A DNA stretch of 39,020 nucleotides. It comes from Folioceros fuciformis (lineage: Eukaryota). The notes beneath the pieces were generated by a model. That model did not search any database. It worked only from the letters and a program-made list of their open reading frames with translations, and was not told where the DNA came from. The stretch is from positions 102,180-141,199 of the forward strand of contig JBNGIO010006289.1 in assembly GCA_049999805.1 (NCBI GenBank). Reading direction: 5' to 3'. Of this stretch, positions 23,959-33,604 are shown one piece after another; the stretch's first letter is position 1, and each line of letters starts with the position of its first letter. The translations under genes were made by a program, and so were the position numbers.

Positions 23959-24828
23959 TTAAGCGGCAGCGTACTGCTGCTCCTCCTCCTCCTCGTCTCC
24001 CACCTCCTCCTGCGTCTCCCTCACCCGGCTCTCCCTCCCTTCTTTCGGCAAACCACCGGTCTCTACGTTCTCTGTCTCTTGTTTTACCGTGACTTCAGCC
24101 TCCGCAGTAGTCCCCTCTGTAGAGACCTCCTCCTGCAATGATTTTTCAGCCTGCAACACGGGCCCGTAGTAGGCGGGATTAACCTCCATACACTGCCTGA
24201 GCGTTTGCGTCATCTGCCAACATTTCTCCACGATGTTATCCCCGGTCTTCTCCGCGCTCTCCACGCAATCTTCCCAACGAGAGAACCGTTTACCACAAGG
24301 ACCTGATTTCATGAACACGCAAAATCCACAATCGGTTTCCTCGTTGCTCTCCGCTGGACCATCTGTGCTTTCCGTTCCCGTCTCCGTCTTGGGGCTATCC
24401 CCGGATGCGTTTTTCGCATCTTCAGCGTCACCTGGCTCAGTCGATCCTTCCCGCTCATGCTTAGCGGTGGTATTCGTCCTAGCTTCTGCTTCCTCGCCAC
24501 GCTTGCCACTTGGATGCGCTGCTTCAAGCTTTACGATATCCGTGTCATCATCTGTGCTTTCGTCTCCTTTATCAGAGCTCCCTCCGGATTCCTTTTTTTC
24601 ATCCTCATCATCACCTGACCCGATCGATTGTTTCCGCTCATGCTCAGCGGTGCTATCTGGCCCTGCTTCCGCTTCCTCGCCAGGCTTGCCACTTCGATGC
24701 GCTGCTTCAAGCCTTACAATGTCTGTGTCATCTCCTTGGGTGGGAAAGCTCTGCTCTGGTGGCCCCTCCACTTCAGGGGCTGGCACTGGAGAAGAAGCAG
24801 GTTCTTCCTGCTCAACGTCTCCAGACAT
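23959..24828 (-). CDS. GCK-domain protein with a long acidic, internally duplicated N-terminus
   Basis: The Cys pattern CGFCVFMKSGPCGKRFSRWEDCVE..KC..LRQCM..YYGPVL is characteristic of the plant GCK family. The first in-frame ATG is at 24828. The frame stays open to a splice acceptor at ~24932, so the start could lie further upstream. Confidence 0.82.
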   Translation of the reverse strand: MSGDVEQEEPASSPVPAPEVEGPPEQSFPTQGDDTDIVRLEAAHRSGKPGEEAEAGPDSTAEHERKQSIGSGDDEDEKKESGGSSDKGDESTDDDTDIVKLEAAHPSGKRGEEAEARTNTTAKHEREGSTEPGDAEDAKNASGDSPKTETGTESTDGPAESNEETDCGFCVFMKSGPCGKRFSRWEDCVESAEKTGDNIVEKCWQMTQTLRQCMEVNPAYYGPVLQAEKSLQEEVSTEGTTAEAEVTVKQETENVETGGLPKEGRESRVRETQEEVGDEEEEEQQYAAA

Positions 24829-25131
24829 AATTTCTTCGGTGGTCCCCTGAGAAGAGACGAGACCTTCGTCGCTAATCACCACATCCGACACATTAGAATC
24901 CCGTCTGAATTTCAGCCAGTCTAGGATTGCCCTGCATCATCAACTCAAACATGAAGCCTTAGAAACGAACTTTCCAAAGCCTTGCAAATACATTCTGCGA
25001 AGATGGCAGATTGAAAGACAATTGGACAGATAGCGTTCAAATCGCAGTCAGACCAGCCACCTACATGTCATACTCACAATTTCAGCTCAAACGTTTGGGA
25101 GATCCAAACCAGCAACAAAGTATCGTCGCCC

Positions 25132-25232
25132 TAGGGTTTGGAGCCCCGACCTGCGCCTCCTTCGGAATGCGATGCTGATCAGAAACCTCTTCTCCTCCTA
25201 CCACACTTGGTTAATACCCAGATAAACCCTAA
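25132..25232. promoter_or_regulatory. Two oppositely oriented telo-boxes (AAACCCTA) in the divergent GCK/INTS11 promoter
   Basis: tagggttt at 25132-25139 and aaaccctaa at 25224-25232, about 30 nt before the INTS11 ATG. Confidence 0.55.
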
Positions 25233-25261
25233 ACCCCGGCAACAGCTGGTTCCCAGGCGCG

Positions 25262-28200
25262 ATGCCGATCAAGTGTACTCCTCTTGGTAATATGGTTGTG
25301 TGATTTCTAAAGGGGGAATCACTTGCAGGTGATTGAAGGCTTTGGAAATAAGGGGTCGCAATGATCGGTAGCTCACAATTTGTTTCTCCGGACAGGTGCT
25401 GGCCAGGATGTTGGAAAGAGTTGCGTAGTGGTCAACCTTGGGGGTAAGACGGTTATGTTTGACTGTGGAGTGCACATGGGCTATCAGGATGAAAGGCGAT
25501 ATCCTGACTTCTCAATGATCACAAAAAGTGGCAACTACACCCAGGCCATCGACTGCGTCATAGTGACTCACTTGTAATTCTCTTTGCTCAGCTGGCTGCG
25601 CTCACAGGAAATATTACCTGTCAGCAACTACGTCTTTTCGCTCTTGAAGTGAATGTCGGAGTTCGAATTTTGAACCTTATGTTCTGTGGGCAGCCATTTG
25701 GATCACATTGGAGCTCTCCCTTATTTCACCGAAGTTTGTGGATATGAAGGTCCTGTCTACATGACTGTATGTGCTGCCTCCAGTTACCTGAATGCTGATA
25801 AAAACCTATGGAACGATGCTGTTGATCCTCCATGCCGATTCCCGCCTGGTTGCAGTATCCCACAAAAGCGTTGGCACCTTTAATGCTCGAGGATTACAGG
25901 AAGGTCATGGTCGACAGGAAAGGGGAACAGGAACAATTTAGTGCTTTCCAAATTCAGCAGTGCATCAAAAAAGGTGTCTGATTTTTCATAGTTTCTTTTT
26001 CCGTTGTCTTGTATTGGTGCGGTAGTTCTCTTGCATTGTCCACACAAAGAAAGAAACTTCCAAGTTCCTTATGCGAGAGTCGGGTTGTTTTCCGTCTTCA
26101 GTTATTCCTGTGGATTTGAGGCAGACAGTCACTATTGATGAAGGTTTTGAGCTTCGAGGTTACTATGCTGGGCATGTAAGGGTCTGCAGCCTTGAAGCAG
26201 CTGAATTTTATCGCTTCTGGTATGTGTTAGTACATTCAGATGTGCCAACGTCTATCTCTGCCGTGATCAGGTTCTCGGAGCTGCCATGTTCTATGTCAGG
26301 GCAGGAGATGAGACAGTTGTCTACACAGGAGACTACAACATGACACCTGACCGCCATCTCGGAGCTGCTCAGATTGATCGGCTGAGGCCAGATCTACTCA
26401 TCACTGAGTTTGTATTCTCTCAACCATGTCATGAGCAACCTCTGTCGTGATGGCACGTGACTTCTGAAAATGTTGTGCCTTCATTTTTTGTTTCAAAGTG
26501 GAGGACTTGAACATCTTCGCCTTATGGCTTTCAGATCTACATACGCTACAACAATACGTGACTCAAAGCTTGCTCGTGAAAGAGACTTTCTAAAAGCGGT
26601 TAGCTTGAAGACAAGCTGCATTTGCTTATTTGTGGCATGTTTGTCCACGTGGCTACTTAGCCCTTGTATGACACCACTAACTTCCAATGCAATAGGTCCA
26701 TAGCTGCATCAGTGCCGGTGGCAAAGTTCTTATTCCTGTGTTTGCTCTTGGGAGAGCTCAGGTCGGCATCTTGTTTCTGATGTTTGCACACATGTTGAAA
26801 TGTTAACTTAAGTACAGCTTAGGATCATGATTATGCTTGGACAGGAGCTCTGTATACTGTTGGATGAATATTGGGAGCGCACCAATCTCAAAGCTCCTAT
26901 CTACTTCTCGGCAGGTAACATTAACCCGGTTTTCTTATATCTCATCACCTATGCCAGAGATATTATGTCAAGCAGTTTCCCTTATGAGAGGACGTGCAGG
27001 ACTGACAATGCAAGCCAACGTGTACTATAAGCTCTTGATAAGCTGGACGAACCAAAAGGTGAAGGACACTTACGTGACGAGAAATACTTTTGACTTCAAA
27101 CATGGTAGGTTTTCTATGGCTCTTGAATTTGTTTCGCAAATCTTATCCGGATGCTGATCATTCATTATACTTGTGAAATTTCAGTTTCACCATTTGAACG
27201 ATCCCAAATAGATGCCCCAGGGCCATGTGTTTTGTTCGCAACGCCTGGTATGCTCAGTGGTGGACTGTCACTTGAAGTATTTAAGCATTGGGCACCATCT
27301 GAGCTAAACATGATTATACTACCTGGGTTTCTCTCTCACCCTATGACCGCTCACGCAATTTTTCAGCGCATGGACTTGGTTGTTTTCTACAGTGGAACTT
27401 TTCTCAATATCTGCTGTGTCCTGCAATGTAAATATGCAGGTTCTGTGTGGCTGGGACAGTGGGATATAAATTGATGTCTGGGAAACCAACTAGAATTGAC
27501 CTGGACAAGCGAACTCAGTTAGACGTCCGTTGTCAGGTGCGACAGATGCACTATGTGATCGGTTTTACAGGGAGTTGGAAAGCTGGACTCATGTCTGTTT
27601 TGTTGGGATTTCTGTATTTTTTATGTGAATACCAGGTGAATCATCTGTCCTTCAGTGCCCACACTGATGCTAAAGGCATTATGGATTTAGCGAAGCATGT
27701 GGCTCCAAGACACGTGGTTCTGGTTCATGGTGAGAAGCCTAAAATGGTGTCACTGAAAGGCCGCATCATTACGGAGTTGAACATCCCGTGCTATGACCCT
27801 GCCAACCACGAGACAATCAACATACCGCCTTGCGATTCTATTAAGGTCAGCATTTCGAAGCAGTTTTTGTTGGAAGCCACTGCGTCACCGGTTCCAGCAC
27901 ACCAGCACGTGTATGGGCCATTGCCCGAGTCTGGGAAGAGAGAAAGAGCTCAGTCTGAGACCTTGCCACCTGTTCAGAATAAGATAGCAGTGGAAGGGCT
28001 GTTGGTGAGTGATTCCAACTCATGGAAACAGGTGTTGCACCCAACGGAAGTAGCAGGTGCTTTGGGTTTGGAACAACATAGGCTACGCTACAGTTCTCTT
28101 TGCCCAATCTATCTGTGTCCTGAAAATGAGACAGACGTGGACGAACAATTGCCGGCGGTGGACAGGCCGATGGAAGTTTCTGAGTTTCCTCGGAGGATGT

Positions 28201-28793
28201 ATGAACCTTCTACGACAATTCAGAATCTGTCGTCGGATAAAGAAGCAAAACCGGAACCAGAACAGAAAAGGTCCAAGAAGAATTTACAGAGAGTGCTAAG
28301 CCTTGACCTAGAGCGATTGCCCGAAGCCGAGGAAGGGGATGATATATGCTTGGACCTGGAAAGGGCTCCTTCTGAACAGAGTGAGCAACGGTCCGGTAGT
28401 TTGGGCGCAGCACACAGTCGAGGAAGCTCCTCAAATGTAAGGATAGATCTGGATATCAACGTGGTTCCAGATTTGACTCTGATGGACTGCAGCCCCAGGT
28501 CAAGCGACAGCCCAGAAATATCGTCGTCTTCTATCTTGCATGGTGTATATCTAGCCCTTGCCAAGTGGATGGGCCATCAGGTCACGGAACAAATCGACAG
28601 CGTAAAGGGTGGGCGGACTTTATCAATTCGTATATCGCCCCAGCCTATTTCAGATTCCGGCCTGGATGTACCAGGAAGGTCGGATTCCAGCAAACCCATT
28701 GCTATTGTGGAGTGCACATGGGAAGAGGAAGATGATCATTTGGCTCAACGAGCGGTATCCATATTACATGGCTTGAAATTCAAGCCGGAGTAG
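25262..28793 (+). CDS. INTS11: Integrator subunit 11 / CPSF73-II (MBL beta-CASP endonuclease), multi-exon
   Basis: Spliced exons give [40 protein letters not shown] (HxHxDH), [55 protein letters not shown] and LVHGE. The long last exon ends at TAG 28791-28793. Confidence 0.95.
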
Positions 28794-29140
28794 GGGGGTT
28801 ACAGTAGATCCAATTCCGAAAGTTGGCTTCTTCCACACTACGTTGTGGATTCTCGTATGTCGGTGCCGACTAACCAATCCAGGTAGATCTAGCTCAGGGA
28901 GACGGAAGCCACGGTACGTGGTGTAAGAGAGGTAAGTGGGGAATCGAAACGATTTGGCGAATGATGTAGTTCTGAAGGGAAAAAAAAACACGAATCAACA
29001 CGCAGCTACTCTGCTTACATTGCGTGGTACAACATGGACTGGTGGTGATCACACATTCAACACTAAGAAGAGATTTCGAAAACAAGGAGTTCCGCAACTT
29101 CGCCCCTGTAGACTTGCGAAACAGGGAAGAAGTTTGGTCG

Positions 29141-29732
29141 TCAGGTAGCCTCCGCTGGCGCTGCCGGCTCCTGGACAAGATCTTCCATAAGCATTTTCAC
29201 AAGCACTATCTTAACACAAACCCCAGCTTTCACTGTAGAAAGCTAATCACCTTCATCGAAGAGCTCGTCTGCGTTGCCGACGGAGATAAGACGGAGGTGA
29301 TGCTCTCCAATCGGGCTATTCGCCCCTCCAGTTCAGCATGATATCCTTCAGCCTGCCACCGCCCGTCCCGAATCGCTCTCGAGTTAGAGCTCTCATTCCG
29401 AGTGCCATATTGCGCCCTTATGCACTTGGTTCAATCTAAAAACACGATGCTTGCCCGTCAAGTGTTGTCTAACGCAACACCAAGATGATAAGGCAGCTAA
29501 CCCAACAGGACCAGTAAGCCAATCCCCTCGCAATTCCTTCACAATCCATAACGGCATACTGCCATGGACACACCAAAAGAGCAGGCAGCACCATCCCAAG
29601 GTGAAGAAAGCCAGGCACCTGATTCGAGAGGCTCTTATGGCTCGCCCACAAATCTCTCTGCAGTAGATACATGGATCCGGCTGCGGCCACCGCAAAGCCC
29701 ACACAGAAGGAGGAAGCGCGCACTCGGAACAT
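29141..29732 (-). CDS. Small (~81 aa) single-TM plus coiled-coil protein, probably mitochondrial; 3 exons (29732-29619, 29352-29251, 29170-29141)
   Basis: The spliced product is MFRVRASSFCVGFAVAAAGSMYLLQRDLWASHKSLSNQ|AEGYHAELEGRIARLESITS..MK|EPAAPAEAT*, with GT-AG phase-0 introns. It resembles a conserved small plant family (RVRxxSFxxG..RIxxLE). Confidence 0.75.
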
Positions 29733-29924
29733 GACTAGTCTCCTCTGCTCCGGCAGGCACTTGCTGATGCTGGCGAATTGCCGGAGGTGCAGTTGTCCGT
29801 GGAGCTCAACGGGGAAGGTCGACCTAGTGCGCCATGCACGTTTGGTTTATATTCCAGTCATCCACTTAGGGCAACTAGGGGAACATTCTATGGGCAACCA
29901 ACAGTCGTTGTAGGTCGGACAAAG

Positions 29925-30486
29925 ATGGCGTTCAGAGGAGTCTGGCAGCTCAAGAGACTGGTGGTGAATTTCTGTGACTTTTCTGGTAGCAGTCGAGGAA
30001 CGAGGTTTGCGTCGCTGTAGTTGAATCCCTCTCGCGCCGCAATTTGGTGGCTGAACTGTTGTACTCACTTCGACCTGGCTGCTGCTGTCCTCCAGAGAGT
30101 TCATAGAAACCATCCTCCCCAAATTTGTGTCTGAGAATCCCCATCTAGAGGTCACCACGGAGCTGCGTAGGGGACGCCATCCTCATCTGCAAGGGTTTTT
30201 TGGTGAATCTCAGAGGCCTTTAAACTTGGTTTGAACAAATGCCCGGTTGCATCACATTCTACGTTCACAGCAAGGATGGCGAATGTGACCTCGTCCCTGT
30301 ATTCTTTCTGCAGCAAACAAGAATGAGAGAGTGGTGGATTTGAGGAATCTGGAGAAGGCGGAGGTGGCGCTGCAAGCAACTAGGTTAAGGAACTCGACTG
30401 GACGAAAAGTGGTGAAGTTGAAGACACGCCATGTCACAGTCAAGCCTAGCATTCAAGGCACCTGGACTCCGCATTTGAAGTTGTAG
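29925..30486 (+). CDS. MRPL43: Mitochondrial large-subunit ribosomal protein mL43 (L51/S25/CI-B8 family), 3 exons
   Basis: The spliced product is MAFRGVWQLKRLVVNFCDFSGSSRGTR|EFIETILPKF..RRGRHPHLQGFF|ANKNERVVDLRN..LRNSTGRKVVKLKTRHVTVKPSIQGTWT..*. Confidence 0.93.
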
Positions 30487-30926
30487 GAGCTCTGATAGTC
30501 TAGAATTGTGGATAGAACGTGGCTGGATCGTCCAGCCACCTCGTGGTATGCTGATGGCCTCGTTGTCAAATTATCTCTTGTAAGGTTGTGCAATTCATTT
30601 CAGCTGAGGATCGTTGTTGTCTCGGACTTGGGTCGAGTTACCTGAAAGACAGAGCGTGGACAGGGTTTGCTTTCCGTCAATCAAGTCAAGTGAGAACTAC
30701 TTCTCTGCAAGCCCTGCCGCTGCTTCGTGGAGATGCTAAAACTACACAGTACACCATGTCACACCAAAGCTCGCCTTCGGAGCAAGCCCACAAATATCGA
30801 CCCTAGGAACTCCCTACAGTACGTCCACGGCTTTACATAAAGGGCGCACAGATAGTCAGAGAGAAGGTTCAGAGAGCAGGTTACACAAGAGCCTGCTATC
30901 GGGTGAGCTCGCAACCGGGCAGGAAT

Positions 30927-33109
30927 ATGGTGAATTGGTTGAACACGCTGCTGTATGGTTTGGGGGGACTCGTGTGCACCTGCATGGTTCTCCTGGTGAC
31001 TTTCCAGGAGAAACTGGTGTATGTGCCTGTGATCCCGGGTCTGAGCAAGGGGTATTCCATCACTCCTGCGCGCTTCAGTTTGCAGTACGAGGACGTATGG
31101 CTGTTCGCCGCGGATGGGGTGAGGCTGCACTGCTGGTTTATCAAGAGCGGCGCCCGGGGTGAGCTGCACAGGATCCTGTCCTTTCCCGGTTGTTTGCGAT
31201 CTCAAATTTAATACCTACTCTGTTTGCCCCCAGGCCCTGAAATTTCACCTCCTTCTCGTCCTGTTGCTGCTTTTGGCGTCTTGAATTTTGCTGCCTTCTC
31301 TCAGCCGGAGCCTGAGAATTAGAAATGTCCGTGTTCCACAGAGAGCCAGTGGTTGCTGGCATCAAACTGTAATGCCAGCAGCTTAAACTCGGTGCCTGCC
31401 TGGAAATCCCACAGCAGTGCAGATGATCCCACCGCAAGGGGGAAGGCGTCGTGTGCAGCTGCCGTTGCACACGACGATGGAGTTTTTGAACTTCAAGACT
31501 CTTTGTCCGGGAGTGCGCTCTCCGTCCCACTTCACCGTTAGTTTCTCCTGATTGACTGCATGACCTCCGCGTGACATGCAGGTAAAAAGCCTGCATAATG
31601 TTGCATAACAGCCTTACGCGCGAAGGAGAGTCATCCTTGGTTTGTATGTATTTGTATGGAAGCTGGTGCTTGCTGTGAGTCGTTTGAAAACCAGGCAAAT
31701 GTGCTTTCTGTCGTTCGGAACTGTACTGGCACCTAGCTTCATCAGTGCTTTGTAGCAAGAGCACTGATGCTAGGAGCTCATGGACAGGGTCTCCGTTCTT
31801 GGATGTGCGTCAGCTACTTGAATTCTGCGCTCTTGTCTGTTCTAGATTTTGAGTTCACAAATTTTTGTGCAGGTCCAACCATTCTCTTCTTCCAGGAGAA
31901 CGCTGGCAGTATCCTTGATAATGTACAGTTCTTAGTGCTTGCAGCTTGGTTCTTTGTTTTGCTGGGTTTCAAGAATTTTGGTGGAAGCAAGAATTTCACA
32001 GAAGCTGTACAGACATTGCTCATCGGCTTGAATTCGTGGAGCATATGCTGGGACGCCTGAAATGTAACGTTTTGCTGCTTTCGTACCGGGGGTATGTGTG
32101 CCAACTAGATTCTGGTCATTGGCATCAAACTCTATTTCTTGTTGGTGTATGGAATTGTGAACCATCTTGGAGCATCACTGTCAATGATTGACCGTCTTCT
32201 GTAGTTACGGTGCAAGCGATGGACAGCCATCACAACCTGGTCTTACGCAAGATGCAGAGGTAATGGCTGCCCTTCAGCCTTCGTCTGTTTTTGTGTTCCA
32301 GCCAGCGTTAGTGGAGAAACCCGGAACGATGCTGACGCACATGTTTTCCAGGCTGCATTGAATCATTTATTGCAGAGGAGTGACATCGATACAAGAAACA
32401 TTTTTGTCTTCGGAAGGTCACTCGGCGGAGCAGTTGGTGCAACACTTGTCAAGAACAATCCTGGCAAGGTATATTTGTCAGTGCAGTGATGTCGTCGAGG
32501 TTAAATTTTCTGAGACTTCAATTTGTTGCGTGCACGTGTTACCTGCGGAGCATGATGGATTAAACGGCTGTTGCTTGTAGGTATCTGGTATCATTTTGGA
32601 AAACACATTTACATCGGTGTTGGATATGGCTGGTGTGCTCATGCCTTATTTGAAATGGTTCGTTGGGCGGACCGGCAGCCGAGGGCCGAAATTGCTTAAT
32701 CCTCTAGTCCGATCGCCGTGGTCCACAGTTGATGTGATTACAGAGGTGCGTTCACCGAGGCCTTTGATAACTGGTGACGTCCCCTGTTTTTTAGAAGCTG
32801 ATACATAACTATGGTGGGTTCTCATGGCAGATACGAGAACCAATCCTGTTTCTCTCAGGAATGAGGGATGAAATGGTTCCTCCTATACACATGAGGAGGC
32901 TGTACGAGGCTGCAAATCAGAGCATCAATCGCACTTTCATAGAATTTCCCACTGGAATGCACATGGATACGTGGCTCAGAGGGGGAGACCGCTACTGGCG
33001 TGTGATCCAGCTTTTCCTAGAAAGGTTTAGCATGCCTCAAGTGGGCAGGTCCCGTATGGATTCGGGAGGACTGTCCGCTGTGGAGTCAGAGGAAACAGCA
33101 GTGAACTGA
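30927..33109 (+). CDS. WAV2: Alpha/beta hydrolase WAV2 / ABHD13 (Bem46-like), multi-exon
   Basis: N-terminal TM followed by FQEKLVYVP, DGVRLHCW, PTILFFQENAGNIAHR, LSYRGYG, nucleophile elbow FGRSLGG, ENTFTSVLDM, DEMVPP and GMHMDTW. Confidence 0.93.
31909..32012 (+). other. Probable U12-type (minor spliceosome) GT-AG intron in WAV2
   Basis: The 5' end is GTATCCTTG. Removing the intron restores ENAG-N-IAHR. The 3' end is purine-rich with no pyrimidine tract, and a weak branch-like TTTCAC has its A 14 nt upstream of the 3' splice site. Confidence 0.65.
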
Positions 33110-33604
33110 AGAAGCACTGCCAGCCAGGCATGGATGCCCATGTTCGACTGTCATCCTTGCCTAGCATCTTTTCACTTTCTGCCGTCCATCGTCTCAGTAA
33201 TCATCGACCTTCGCGCTGTCTACGGCTCAAGTCTTGCGTCGTTGCACGTTTGCAGTCTCACTGTGGGATAACGGAACGCAGTTGGCTAGTTTGCTTGAAT
33301 TACATACATGTACGAACACCGGGCGACCGAGCCGACGACCTCGAAGACTGTCCCTCTTGAACTGGAGAATCTGAGAAGACTGCTATTTTCGGCTCCAATC
33401 ATTGTAGTTGATGTGAGTGTGCTACGTGTGCTTGGATGTGGCAGCATATTAGCCGCTTGCTCCATATTGCCAAGGGCTCTTCTCTGATGTAGCCCTACTG
33501 CTACATGCTTGTCTGCTAATATTACTGCAGCTATATTCTGTCGCTGCAACCGGCTGCTTTTCGCCAGGGTGGTGGGTATACCACCTTCCGATCCGTGTGG
33601 AATC

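Noticed and set aside
24233-24850. 205-aa Ser-rich plus-strand ORF
   Set aside because: It is the antisense shadow of the acidic GCK-protein exon.
25222-25240. Telomerase RNA template or telomeric remnant
   Set aside because: Only about 1.5-2 repeat units lie just upstream of an ATG, which fits an ordinary telo-box.
7661-30486. Functional cluster of organelle-related genes (DNAJC11, PPR, GCK, small TM protein, mL43)
   Set aside because: They are interspersed with unrelated housekeeping genes, and organelle-targeted genes are common enough for chance adjacency.
31305-31385. TPP riboswitch-like words (CTGAGA, TAATGCCAGC)
   Set aside because: The CCTGA/P4 and GCG-AGG elements and the P1/P2 pairings are missing, and the host gene is unrelated to thiamine.
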